Part shown: positions 49,122 through 58,596 of the stretch, one piece after another
How the letters are laid out: every line of letters begins with the position of its first letter
Numbering within the stretch: position 1 is the stretch's first letter
DNA from: a bacterium
Lineage (GTDB): Bacteria > Bacillota > Limnochordia > DTU080 > RSA5
Assembly: GCA_002919195.1 (NCBI GenBank)
Contig: PKEU01000137.1
Coordinates: 1,602 to 65,601, forward strand
DNA: 64,000 bases
Direction of reading: 5' to 3'
Notes under the pieces: model-generated
The model's input: the letters and a program-made list of their open reading frames with translations, nothing else
What the model was told of the DNA's origin: nothing
The model's database searches: none
Program-made: the position numbers and the translations under genes

Positions 49122-50423
49122 GTGTCGCAGACCGCCCTCATCACACTCCTCGCCATACTCCTTTTCACCGGCGGTTTTTTTGGCGGCGGCTCGCCGTCGA
49201 AAGACGACGCCGGCCGCGTGCCTCCCCCAGCGACGTCCACCACCGAGGCGTATGGAGTGATCCGGGCCAACACCGTGGCCGTCCACGCGGCCCCCAAAAG
49301 CCGCGAGGTCATCGCCCACCTCGTCCGGGGCGATCAAGTGACGATCCTCGGGGAGACGGACGGCTGGTACCGCATCCGCATGGCTAACGGCCAAGAAGGA
49401 TACGTCAACACGTTCGCCGTCGCGAGCGGATCTACCTCCATCGCGCGTCCAACAAGCGGCAAATACCAGGTCGTCGCATATTACGTGACGGACAGCCGGC
49501 TTCCTTCTTTGCCTTCCCTGCGGGAAAACCTGGACGTCATCACCACGGTGATCCCCTGGATGTGGCAAGTGACCCCCCTCGGGCTGGTTGAGGACTTCAG
49601 CGTCAGCGACGTGGCGGGCGCGCTCCACCTCGCGGGCACCCACGGCATCAAGAGCCACGCCCTCATCCACAATATCGGCGAGACGCAAACGGGGACCGTC
49701 AATTTCAGCGGTAGCATGATCCACCAGGTCCTCGCCGACCCCACGACCCGGTCCCGCACGATCGAGACCATCTACCGGCATCTTGTCAACTGGGGCATGA
49801 ACGGCGTCCACGTGGACTTTGAAAACGTGCAGCCCAGCGACCGGCAAAACCTCAACCAATTTCTCAAAGAGCTCTACGAGCGGATGAAGCCGGCAGGGAT
49901 CGAGGTGTCCATCGCCGTCCCCGCCAAGACGCAGGAAAACTACGTCAACGCCTTCTCGGGCGCCTATGACTATGCTACCATCTCGCGCTACGTCGACGCC
50001 ATGATGATCATGGCTTACGACGAGCACTGGCGGGGCGGGCCTCCGGGGCCGGTCGCCTCGATCGGATGGGTGGAACGCGTGGTGCGCTACGCGATTTCCG
50101 CGGGCGTGCCGCCTGAAAAGATCATCTTGGGAGTGCCGGCCTACGGCTACGACTGGCCGCCCAACGGCCGCGGGCGGGCCGTCACCTACCGGCAGGCCAT
50201 CGAGCAGGCCAGTCAACATGGGGCCAAGATCCAGTGGGACGATACGGCCAAGGTGCCGTACTACCGCTACGCGGGAGGAAGGGAAGTGTGGTTTGAGGAC
50301 CGCTCGAGCCTCTCGCACAAGCTGGAGATCGTGAAAAAGTATGGGCTGGCGGGCATCTCCCTGTGGCGGCTGGGCCAAGAGGATCCTGGGATCTGGTCCG
50401 TGATCCGCGAGCAGCTGCGCTAA
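49122..50423 (+). CDS. GH18 glycosyl hydrolase with N-terminal SH3b domain
   Basis: Signal/TM, SH3b (G..VTILGETDGWYRI..ANGQEGYV), GVHVDFE, IMAYDEH, LWRLGQED. Confidence 0.88.
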   Translation: MSQTALITLLAILLFTGGFFGGGSPSKDDAGRVPPPATSTTEAYGVIRANTVAVHAAPKSREVIAHLVRGDQVTILGETDGWYRIRMANGQEGYVNTFAVASGSTSIARPTSGKYQVVAYYVTDSRLPSLPSLRENLDVITTVIPWMWQVTPLGLVEDFSVSDVAGALHLAGTHGIKSHALIHNIGETQTGTVNFSGSMIHQVLADPTTRSRTIETIYRHLVNWGMNGVHVDFENVQPSDRQNLNQFLKELYERMKPAGIEVSIAVPAKTQENYVNAFSGAYDYATISRYVDAMMIMAYDEHWRGGPPGPVASIGWVERVVRYAISAGVPPEKIILGVPAYGYDWPPNGRGRAVTYRQAIEQASQHGAKIQWDDTAKVPYYRYAGGREVWFEDRSSLSHKLEIVKKYGLAGISLWRLGQEDPGIWSVIREQLR

Positions 50424-50451
50424 GACCTAGCCGCCCGCCCCAAAAGGCGCA

Positions 50452-51213
50452 TTACTCCGCCTGCATCATCTGCCACAAGGGCACGAGGCGAAACCCCTTC
50501 TCCTGAAGCCCTTCGATCATCCGGGGAAGCGCTTCGACGGTCTGGGGTTTGGGATGCATCAAGACGATGGCGCCGTGCCGGGCCCGGGGGACGACGCGCT
50601 CGAGGATGGTGTCGGGCGGAGGTTCTTGCCAGTCGATCGTGTCCAGTGTCCACAGGGTGGTGAAGTAACCCAGCTCGGCGGCCACTTGCACCACCCTGTG
50701 GTTTTGTTCTCCGTAAGGAGGGGCAAAGAGCGGCACCGGGCGGACGCCCGTCGCCTGCTCCAACACCTGAGTGTTGGCCGCGATCATCTCCGTGAGCTGC
50801 TTTCGGGAAAGCTGGGTCGGGTGGGCGTGGGAGAGGCCGTGATTTCCGATCTCATGCCCTCGCGAGGCGATCTCCCGGGCAAGGTCGGGAAAAGCCCGGG
50901 CCCATCGCCCCGTTAAGAAAAAAGTCGCTTTCACGGCGTACTGGTCCAAGATGTCCAACATCTCAACGAGCTCGTCGTTTCCCCAGTCGACGTTGATGGT
51001 GAGCGCCATCATCCCTTCGGCCGACGGCACTTCTCGTACGGGCTGGTCGAGGCTGAGTTCGGGGCGCACAGGGGCTGCGGGTGTGACGCTGGCCGCAAGA
51101 TCCTTCCCGGAAAACAGGGCGGACCACGCTCCGGCGATCAGCCCGGCGACGAAAAAGAAAACCGCAAGCTGCCTGCGGGTGACGACGATGATCCCCCACT
51201 GGCCCCGGGTCAC
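50452..51213 (-). CDS. Polysaccharide deacetylase (YlxY-like)
   Basis: ALTINVDWG, HEIGNHGLSH, FAPPYG, DTIDW, VLMHP. Confidence 0.88.
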   Translation of the reverse strand: MTRGQWGIIVVTRRQLAVFFFVAGLIAGAWSALFSGKDLAASVTPAAPVRPELSLDQPVREVPSAEGMMALTINVDWGNDELVEMLDILDQYAVKATFFLTGRWARAFPDLAREIASRGHEIGNHGLSHAHPTQLSRKQLTEMIAANTQVLEQATGVRPVPLFAPPYGEQNHRVVQVAAELGYFTTLWTLDTIDWQEPPPDTILERVVPRARHGAIVLMHPKPQTVEALPRMIEGLQEKGFRLVPLWQMMQAE

Positions 51214-52010
51214 TGGCCCTCCTCCTCCGGGCGCTGCTCTGCAGCAGGCAATCTCTTTTGGATTCCCGAGTGGCTTTCGATCATGTAATGATCTTGATAG
51301 ATCAGTTCCGAGATGGGCACGATCTCGTACCCCGCCGCCTTCAGCTTAGGCAAGAGCCGCCGCACCGCTTCGGGAGTGTGCTTGCCGGCGTTGTGAAACA
51401 GGATGATCTCGCCAGGCCCCGCCCTCTCCATGATCCTTTGCACCATGAAGTCGGCGCTCACATCCTTCCAGTCGAGGGAATCGATGGACCACTGGATCGT
51501 GAAATACCCTAACTCCTCGGCGACTTCGATCACCTTGTTGCTGTACTCGCCAAAGGGCGGCCGGAAGAGGAAGGGTTCGGTCCCCGTCAGCTCCTTGAGG
51601 AGGTTGTGGTTGCGCAGGAGGTCGTTTTTGATCTGTTCCCGGGTCAAGCTGTTCATGTGGGGGTGCTCGTAGGAGTGGTTTCCGACCTCATGTCCCCGCG
51701 CGACGATCTGCTGGACGTGCTCGGGATACTTCTCTGCCCAGTAACCGGCAAGAAAGAACGTCGTCTTGACGCCGTGCTCGTCCAAGATTTCAAGGAGTTC
51801 CCCGGTCTGATCCGCCCCCCACGTGGCATCAAAGGAGATGGAGAGCTTCCGGTCGTCTCGTTCCACCTTGTAAATAGGGACTCGGCGGCCTGAGATCGCT
51901 GTGGAGACCATAGCGGCCAGAGGCGCGACCGCCTGGGTCGCGACCCAGACGCCGACGACGACGATCAACAGGCCCACGAGGAGGCGGCGCCCCTGGATGA
52001 CGATGAGCAT
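51210..52010 (-). CDS. Polysaccharide deacetylase (PdaB-like)
   Basis: ISFDATWG, HEVGNHSYEH, FRPPFG, WSIDSLDW, ILFHN. Confidence 0.9.
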   Translation of the reverse strand: MLIVIQGRRLLVGLLIVVVGVWVATQAVAPLAAMVSTAISGRRVPIYKVERDDRKLSISFDATWGADQTGELLEILDEHGVKTTFFLAGYWAEKYPEHVQQIVARGHEVGNHSYEHPHMNSLTREQIKNDLLRNHNLLKELTGTEPFLFRPPFGEYSNKVIEVAEELGYFTIQWSIDSLDWKDVSADFMVQRIMERAGPGEIILFHNAGKHTPEAVRRLLPKLKAAGYEIVPISELIYQDHYMIESHSGIQKRLPAAEQRPEEEGQ

Positions 52011-52042
52011 GAGCCCCTCACCTCCGCTGGCACACTCCCTAC

Positions 52043-52072
52043 ATGGCTATGTGGACGGGCGAAAGGGTATGT
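52043..52072 (-). promoter_or_regulatory. sigmaE-like promoter
   Basis: ACATACC-N14-CATAGCCAT. Confidence 0.45.
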
Positions 52073-52080
52073 CGAGGGCC

Positions 52081-54207
52081 TCATCCCAGAAAACGCTCGA
52101 TCGCCGCGGCGATGGAGGACGTATCGCCGCTGATCCGGCGGCAGGGAGGAAGGGAATCGAGAAAGACGCGCCCGTACGCCTTTTCATGGATACGGCGATC
52201 CAGGATGACGACGGCGCCCCGGTCCGCCCGTGTCCGGATCAACCGGCCGAAACCCTGTTTGAGCTTAAGGACGGCCCGGGGCAGCGCGTACTCGGCGAAG
52301 GGCGAGCGGCCCATCTCTTGGAGCCTTTCGGACCGGGCCGCGGAGATGGGCTCGGTCGGCACGTCAAAAGGCAGGCGGGTCAGCACCACCAGGGAAAGAG
52401 CCTCCCCCGGCACGTCAACGCCTTCCCAAAAGCTGTCGGTCCCCAGGAGCACGGCCCCCTTCCCGCGGCGAAACGCATCGAGAAGCCGGGTCCGGGGCGC
52501 TTCCCCCTGGGCCAGAAGTTCGAGGCCGAGCTCTCTCAAGGCTGGAGCGAGCTTGATCCTGACGCGTTCCAGCAACGCGATGGAGGTAAACAAGACGAGC
52601 GCCCGGCCGCGGCTTGCCGCCACTAGCGTTTCCAGGGCCAGGGGCAGCCGTTCTGCATACTCGGGGTGGGCGGGATCAGGAAGATCGACGGCGATGCCCA
52701 AGAGCGCTTGGCTTTCGTAGTCGAAGGGGGACGCGATGCTCAGTTCGTGCACGTCCATCCTGCCAGCGACGGGACGTGCGCCATGGAGGCCCAGCCGCTC
52801 TTTGAAATAGCGGAAGGAGCGGTCTACGGTCAGCGTCGCCGAGACCAGGACGATGCTCCGGCACTGGGCGGCGATCCATTCGTACACCAGAGGGCCCACG
52901 TCGATGGGAGCCGAAAGGAGCCGGACGTGCTCCTTGATCCCTCCCTCTCGTTCGAGCCAGTACACCTGCTCAAGGGTGTCGAGCTGTGAAAAATGCTGCA
53001 GGCTCACGCCGAGCGCCCGCAGCCGGTAGCTGGCCGCCCGGAGCTGGGCTATGAGCGTGAGCGCGGCGCCCTCCGGTTCTCCATCGCTTTCCAGGTCTTG
53101 CGCCTCCGCCTCGAGCATGGCGGCAAGCGCTTCCACCTCGCTCACGGCCGCGCGGGAAGGCAGGGCCGCCTCCACCTGCCACCGAGCCGCGTCCTCCCCG
53201 GCGATGCGCTCTCCCGGCCAGCGGCGGGCCAGCGACAGGACGCCGTCCACGGCGGCTTCCGACCTGTGGATCGCGGGGATCAGCTCCTGCTCGATCCGGG
53301 TCAGACGCTCCCACGCTCCCCGCTCACTCAAAATTCGCCGGAGTCCCGCGACGACGCCCCGGCCTCTCCCGCCCTGGGCGCGATAGATGCGGCCAAAAAG
53401 CTGGGCTACGCCCCGGGACGTAAGGGCGACGCCCAGGTGGTCGGTGGCCACGTCCTCGAGGTGGTGCGCTTCGTCGACGATCACCGTATCGTAGCCGGGT
53501 AACACGGCAGTATCCGGGCTCCAGTCCAGCTGCCGGCGGACCGCCACGTCGCTGAAAAGGAGGTGGTGATTGACCACCAGGAGGTGAGCGCTGGCCATCT
53601 CGGTCCGGTCTCGGATCAAAGGGCACCGCTCAAAGTGCGGGCAGCGGTTGCGCAGGCAGCTGTCGCTTTCGGCGCACACTTCGTCCCAGACGGCGGCAGT
53701 GGGCTGAAAAGGAAGATCCGACAGCGTGCCGTCCTCGGTCTCACGCGCCCAGGCCGCGATCTGGGAAAGCTCGCGGTCGTGCTCGGGCTCCAGCAAGTCG
53801 CCGGGCGCCGAGAGCGCGGTCTCCAGCCGCAGGTAGCAAAGGTAGTTGCGCCACCCCTTGACCAATGCCGCCTTGAGGTCGGGGAAGATCGTTTGCACGA
53901 CGGGGATGTCTTTCCCGATCAGCTGCTCTTGGAGCGAAATGGTGTAGGTCGAAACCACCACCGGCTTCGTCTCACCGAGGGCGTAAAGGGCCGCCGGGAT
54001 CAGGTAGGCGAGCGATTTTCCCGTGCCGGTCCCCGCTTCAAAAAGGCCCACGTCGCCCCGGGAAAGCGTCCGCATCACGTGCAGGGCCATCTCCTCTTGC
54101 TCGCGGCGGTGCTCGTACTCGGGCAAGAGCTCCGCTAGCCTTCCGCCGGGGCCAAAGTATTGCCCGATCAGGGACTTTCCCTTAAGGGCGGCGCCGCTCG
54201 CCTCCAT
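52081..54207 (-). CDS. DinG/YoaA-family Fe-S DNA helicase
   Basis: EAGTGTGKS, DEAH, SATL, Cys cluster (YLC...CLRNRCPHFERC), FWEGVD, QGFGRLIR. Confidence 0.93.
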   Translation of the reverse strand: MEASGAALKGKSLIGQYFGPGGRLAELLPEYEHRREQEEMALHVMRTLSRGDVGLFEAGTGTGKSLAYLIPAALYALGETKPVVVSTYTISLQEQLIGKDIPVVQTIFPDLKAALVKGWRNYLCYLRLETALSAPGDLLEPEHDRELSQIAAWARETEDGTLSDLPFQPTAAVWDEVCAESDSCLRNRCPHFERCPLIRDRTEMASAHLLVVNHHLLFSDVAVRRQLDWSPDTAVLPGYDTVIVDEAHHLEDVATDHLGVALTSRGVAQLFGRIYRAQGGRGRGVVAGLRRILSERGAWERLTRIEQELIPAIHRSEAAVDGVLSLARRWPGERIAGEDAARWQVEAALPSRAAVSEVEALAAMLEAEAQDLESDGEPEGAALTLIAQLRAASYRLRALGVSLQHFSQLDTLEQVYWLEREGGIKEHVRLLSAPIDVGPLVYEWIAAQCRSIVLVSATLTVDRSFRYFKERLGLHGARPVAGRMDVHELSIASPFDYESQALLGIAVDLPDPAHPEYAERLPLALETLVAASRGRALVLFTSIALLERVRIKLAPALRELGLELLAQGEAPRTRLLDAFRRGKGAVLLGTDSFWEGVDVPGEALSLVVLTRLPFDVPTEPISAARSERLQEMGRSPFAEYALPRAVLKLKQGFGRLIRTRADRGAVVILDRRIHEKAYGRVFLDSLPPCRRISGDTSSIAAAIERFLG

Positions 54208-54312
54208 CTGACAAAGCCTCCTCGCGCCCCTGGACGAAAGCGCAGGTTTTCCCCCTTACGCTTCGCCCCAGGTCGCGGGCTCCCCTTTTCGCCCCCTTTT
54301 TGGAGGTAGCGA

Positions 54313-55164
54313 TCAGCGGCCCCAGCGGTCGAGGCGCGAAAGCAGCGGCACGGACTCGATCAAAGCGGAAAGCGAGCGGCGTTCGGCGTAAAGGTGCATA
54401 AGGAGCAAGAGCGCGACGACGAGGACCTGCCACGAGAAAGGAGCCGACGCCCACACGATGCCTGCAGCGGCGCCCAGGACGTTGGCGCCGGTATCCCCCA
54501 GCATCAGAGTTCCTTTGTGATCCGGGCGCCACAGGGCGCACGCGGCTCCTATGGGCGCGGCGGCGTGTACGATCGAGGCCCCGGCCCAGGCGCCAGGATG
54601 CTGCCACGCTGCGCCGGTCCCGAGGATAAAGCTGACAAGAGCTCCCTTGAGAGCCCGTCCGGGCCGGACATCGAGGAGGTTCATCGCGTTGGCGAAGAGC
54701 GCGATCAAGAGGCCGCCGACGAGCCCCGCGAGCGTCGGGCCGTGGAGCCAAAGGCCCCCGACGAGGCCGAGCGCTCCTCCAAAGAGTGCCTTGAAGCTCC
54801 CGGTCGTGGGCCGGCCCGAGAGCAACGCCCGGAGATGCCCTTTAAGCCCTCTGGTTTCCCGGTTTCCCAGCGCGTCGTCCAGCAGTCCCAAGAGCGCCAT
54901 GCCAAAGAGCAGCGCGATCCATAAAGCGGTCGGGGCGCTAAAGCGAGATTCTCCCTCACCTCCCGCGGGAATGAGGAGGAAGAGCCCCCATGGTGCGAGC
55001 GACGCCAAGGGAATGACGATCCCCGCCCCCGTGGCAAGCTCGTCCCCCCGGTAGTTGCGTCGGACCAGCCCCCCTTGGGTCAAGAGGAAAAGGGCCGGCG
55101 GCAACAGCGCGCGGGCGGTCCCATACGCCAAAAGGCCGGCGGCCAAGGCCGCAACAAGGATCAA
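54313..55164 (-). CDS. MraY/WecA-like polyprenyl-phosphate sugar-phosphate transferase
   Basis: GLLDD, NAMNLLDVRPGRA, MLGDTGAN; multi-TM. Confidence 0.82.
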   Translation of the reverse strand: MILVAALAAGLLAYGTARALLPPALFLLTQGGLVRRNYRGDELATGAGIVIPLASLAPWGLFLLIPAGGEGESRFSAPTALWIALLFGMALLGLLDDALGNRETRGLKGHLRALLSGRPTTGSFKALFGGALGLVGGLWLHGPTLAGLVGGLLIALFANAMNLLDVRPGRALKGALVSFILGTGAAWQHPGAWAGASIVHAAAPIGAACALWRPDHKGTLMLGDTGANVLGAAAGIVWASAPFSWQVLVVALLLLMHLYAERRSLSALIESVPLLSRLDRWGR

Positions 55165-55865
55165 CGTGCTACCTCCCCCAAGGCTTTTCGGCGCCTTTCC
55201 CAGGCCAACCGTCCCAAGGTGACGAGAACCGCCCCACATTGCCGGCCCCGGTGAAAGAAGCCCGCGAGATTCTTCCCGGTTTCCCGGTGGCTGAGCGCGA
55301 TGGGAACTTCGATGACGTCAAGCCCTCGTTCGATCGCCTTGACGGTCATCGCCACTTCGACGCCCCACCCGGCGGGAAACGCGGCGGCAAGATCCAGCGC
55401 CCTGCGGGACAAGGCCCTCTGCCCCGAGAGGGGGCTTGCGAAAAGGCGGCCCGTGAGCCGGTAAATGCCCGCCGCTGCGATCCTTTTCGCCAGGCCAAAC
55501 CCTCCTCGGGACGAAAAAGAAGCGATGGCAAGATCCTTTCCCTGCTCCCGCACCGCCTGCACCAAGGGAACAAGGCGAGCCGCCGCCGGCCCAAGATCCG
55601 CGTCCGCGAGCAGCAGGACGTCGACGCCCGCGCCCCCTCGCAGCACTTCCTCGACGCCGCGGCGAAGCGCCCGGCCTTTTCCCCCGTTGCGAGAAAGGGC
55701 CACAACGGCCGCTCCCGCTCTCCTCGCCCGCTCTCCTGTGGCGTCGTGCGAGCCGTCGTCGACCACGACTACCCGGTCGCAGCGCACGCCCTTATAGAGG
55801 GCCGCCACGGTGGCTTCAATCCGCTCCTCTTCGTTAAACGCCGGCACCACGGCCCACAAGCTCAC
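55161..55865 (-). CDS. GT2 glycosyltransferase
   Basis: VPAFNEE, VDDGSHD, NGGKG, LADAD, LSGQRA. Confidence 0.9.
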   Translation of the reverse strand: MSLWAVVPAFNEEERIEATVAALYKGVRCDRVVVVDDGSHDATGERARRAGAAVVALSRNGGKGRALRRGVEEVLRGGAGVDVLLLADADLGPAAARLVPLVQAVREQGKDLAIASFSSRGGFGLAKRIAAAGIYRLTGRLFASPLSGQRALSRRALDLAAAFPAGWGVEVAMTVKAIERGLDVIEVPIALSHRETGKNLAGFFHRGRQCGAVLVTLGRLAWERRRKALGEVAR

Positions 55866-56614
55866 GTGCCGCCGCTCCCTGTCGTGGCGCCCAGCAAGTG
55901 CTTGGGCCAGAGGGGAAGATCCTCTCCCGCGCCGTAGCGCCCCGCCTCCCCTGCCTCGAGGAGGAGGACGAGGCTGAGTTCCCCGGCAGGGGAACGCCCG
56001 TGGGTCAGGTACGGCACGTCCCAAGCGGCGAGAGGGTCGCGCCAACTGGAAGGGTCTTCGACGACGGCCACCAGGGGGCGCCCGGATTGCCGCGCTTCCC
56101 GGAGGAGCTCTTCCCAGGGCGCCCGGCGCTCTGCGTCCCCTTCTCCCACGATGGCCACGACCCCGTCGACGCCGGCGACGAGCTCCGGGAGGGCCGGATC
56201 GTCCCGACGAGGGTTCGTTCCCCCCACAGCGCCGGCCTGGACCGGCCCCACTACAGCGGCGCCCGCCCGCTCCAGAGCCTGCACCACTGCGTCGACGCTC
56301 GCCGGATTTTCCCCCACCGAAACCACTCCGAAAGTGCGCCCCTCCAACCGCCCCGCAACCACGGCGGCCACCAGGTCCGCGCTAAAGGCGCGGTAGAGGT
56401 CGCGCTCGGCCTCAGCCGCAGCCAGCCGCCCCGCCACCTCTCGCCGCTCAAGGCGGAGGGCTTCCAACTCCTTTTCGATGGCCTGGATCCACTGCTCCCC
56501 AAGTTCACGACCCTGTCCGCCTGAAGCGAGCGACATGCCTACGAGGATGCCGAGCCCCAAAGCGAAAAAGATGGCGACCAGCGACGCCAGGTGGTAGCGG
56601 ATATCCACGACCAT
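55862..56614 (-). CDS. steB: SteB/MctB (DUF3186)-like protein
   Basis: RYHLASLVAIFFALGLGILVG N-terminus then coiled coil; follows steA. Confidence 0.8.
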   Translation of the reverse strand: MVVDIRYHLASLVAIFFALGLGILVGMSLASGGQGRELGEQWIQAIEKELEALRLERREVAGRLAAAEAERDLYRAFSADLVAAVVAGRLEGRTFGVVSVGENPASVDAVVQALERAGAAVVGPVQAGAVGGTNPRRDDPALPELVAGVDGVVAIVGEGDAERRAPWEELLREARQSGRPLVAVVEDPSSWRDPLAAWDVPYLTHGRSPAGELSLVLLLEAGEAGRYGAGEDLPLWPKHLLGATTGSGGT

Positions 56615-56621
56615 GCGGCCA

Positions 56622-57737
56622 TCACATCCCCAGCGAGAGGCGGGCGTAAACGAGAAAGAGACGGAACAGCTGGCGCACCGGCGCCGAAAGCAGCGCAACC
56701 AGCGCCAAGGGCAACAAAGCCGCGATCAAGACCAGGAGCGAGTAGCGCCTTTTGGGCTGACCCCGGTACACTTGGCTCAAGCCCTTCGCGTCCACCAGGA
56801 TGCTCCCCACTTTGAGGCGGACCAAAAAGGTGCTGGCCATCCCCCGCCTTCCCTTTTCAAAGAAGTCGACGATGTTGGAGTGGGTGCCGACGGCCACGAT
56901 GAGCCGGGCTCCCAGCTCGTACGCCATGAGCAGGGCAACGTCTTCACTGGTGCCGACCGAAGCCACCTCATGCCACGAAAGCCCTAGCCGCGCCAGCCGC
57001 TCTCTGCCCGGCGCTCTTCCGTCGGGATACGCGTGGACCACCAGCTCCGCGCCGGAAAAGAGCGCCGCGTCGCTCACACTGTCCATGTCGCCCACGATGA
57101 TGTGGGGAGAAAAACCCAGCTCGAGCAGGGCGTCAGCCCCACCGTCGACCCCGATGGTCACCGGGCGCACCTCGTCGATGTACGAAGCGATGGCCCGCAG
57201 GTCTTCACGGTAACCCGGTCCTCGCACCACGACGACGACGGGCCGGCCGTCAATTTCGACTTTGAGCTTTGGGAACCGGACGGAGCCGAGGATGATCCCC
57301 TTCTCGCGGCGGGCGTACTGCAGCGTGTTTTCCACGAAGGCTTCTATCTCGGAGGCAATGTTTTCCCGGGCCTTCTCATAGGCTGCGTCCACCCACTCCC
57401 GGGTCAGCTCCCTGCCCTCCGCGATGAGGGCGCCCTCGCGGTAGAGGCGCCCGTTATCGATCTCCACCCAGTCGCCGTCCGCGAGCTTTTCGAAAACCTC
57501 GCCACCCACGTTGTCCAAGATCGGGATCCCAGCTTCGAGCAGGATGGAAGGGCCGGGATTGGGGTACCGCCCGCTGATCGACGGGCGGGCGTTGACCACG
57601 GCCGCGGGTTTGCGGTCGACAAGCCCCCGGGCCGCCACTTCGTCCAAATCCTCGTGGTCGAGGATGGCCACTTCGCCCGGCTCCAGCCGGGAGACCAGCT
57701 CCTTGGTCCTCCGCCCAAGTCGCGCCCTGCCCCGCAC
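56622..57737 (-). CDS. steA: SteA-like protein with thiamine-pyrophosphokinase-like domain
   Basis: RTKELV, ISGRYPNPGP, IGVDGGADAL, IVGDMDSVSD, VHAYPDG, STFLVRLKVG, C-terminal TM; GGGGAGG SD before GTG at 57737. Confidence 0.88.
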   Translation of the reverse strand: MRGRARLGRRTKELVSRLEPGEVAILDHEDLDEVAARGLVDRKPAAVVNARPSISGRYPNPGPSILLEAGIPILDNVGGEVFEKLADGDWVEIDNGRLYREGALIAEGRELTREWVDAAYEKARENIASEIEAFVENTLQYARREKGIILGSVRFPKLKVEIDGRPVVVVVRGPGYREDLRAIASYIDEVRPVTIGVDGGADALLELGFSPHIIVGDMDSVSDAALFSGAELVVHAYPDGRAPGRERLARLGLSWHEVASVGTSEDVALLMAYELGARLIVAVGTHSNIVDFFEKGRRGMASTFLVRLKVGSILVDAKGLSQVYRGQPKRRYSLLVLIAALLPLALVALLSAPVRQLFRLFLVYARLSLGM

Positions 57738-57767
57738 CGGCAAAGCCTCCCCAGCCGCATTCGGCGC

Positions 57768-57795
57768 AAAAAGAAAAAAGGGAGCACCTGCTCCC
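57768..57795 (-). terminator. Intrinsic terminator after spo0A
   Basis: GGGAGC-AGGT-GCTCCC followed by TTTTTTCTTTTT. Confidence 0.8.
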
Positions 57796-57831
57796 TTAGT
57801 ATCGGTGTCCATCGCCGCTGGTATACGGCGC

Positions 57832-58596
57832 TTAGCTTGCCATCATCTCCATCCGCACCTGGTCTGCCAGGCGGGCGATAAACGAGGAGTTGGTCGGTTT
57901 CCCCTTATTGGCGTCAATGGAATAGGCAAAGAGCCGCTCGATGGAGTCAAGATTGCCCCGGGTCCAGGTGGATTCGATCGCGTGGCGGATCGCCCGCTCC
58001 ACCTTTTCCGGGCTGCTCTTTCGCATTTGGGCCACCAAGGGGTAGAGCTTGGTGGTGACGTGTCCCAGGAGGTCGGGATCGAGCGCCACCAGCGTCACGG
58101 CGTCTTTCAGATACATGTACCCTTTGAAGTGGGGAGGAACGCCGAGGGTGGAGAGCTGCTTTGCCACTTGCTTCTCGATCAACTGCCTCCTGCGCTCCTG
58201 CTGGAAGGTGGCAGCCGCTGACGCCGGGTCGGCGATCTGCCGCACGCGGACGATCAGCGTCGGGATGTCAAAGGGCTTCATAATGTAGTAGTCGGCCCCG
58301 AGGTTGGACGCCCTTTGGATGAGATTTTCATGGCCAAAGGCGGTGAGCATCAACACCTTGGGCCGGTGCTCAGCGCCCCGTATCGCCTCGAGGACGCCGA
58401 GCCCGTCGAGGCTGGGCATCACGTGGTCGAGGATGATCAGGTCGGGAGAGTGCTCGCGTATGGCGGCCAGCGCCGCTTCACCATCGTGCACGCAGGCGAT
58501 GCACTCCATGTCCTCTTGGGCATTGATCGCCTCACGCAAGATCTCGCAAAATTCAACATTGTCATCGGCCAGCAGGATACGGATCATCCGATCCAA
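57832..58596 (-). CDS. spo0A: Sporulation master regulator Spo0A
   Basis: Receiver domain (ADDN, LDHVMP, LTAFG, KPFD) plus GVPPHFKGY, VERAIRHAIE, KPTNSSFIA; TTG at 58596 has a GGGGGTG SD (alternative ATG at 58587). Confidence 0.97.
   Translation of the reverse strand: MDRMIRILLADDNVEFCEILREAINAQEDMECIACVHDGEAALAAIREHSPDLIILDHVMPSLDGLGVLEAIRGAEHRPKVLMLTAFGHENLIQRASNLGADYYIMKPFDIPTLIVRVRQIADPASAAATFQQERRRQLIEKQVAKQLSTLGVPPHFKGYMYLKDAVTLVALDPDLLGHVTTKLYPLVAQMRKSSPEKVERAIRHAIESTWTRGNLDSIERLFAYSIDANKGKPTNSSFIARLADQVRMEMMAS

Noticed and set aside
57738-57812. Longer steA start at ATG 57812
   Set aside because: It would translate through the spo0A terminator hairpin and U-tract; GTG at 57737 has a proper SD.
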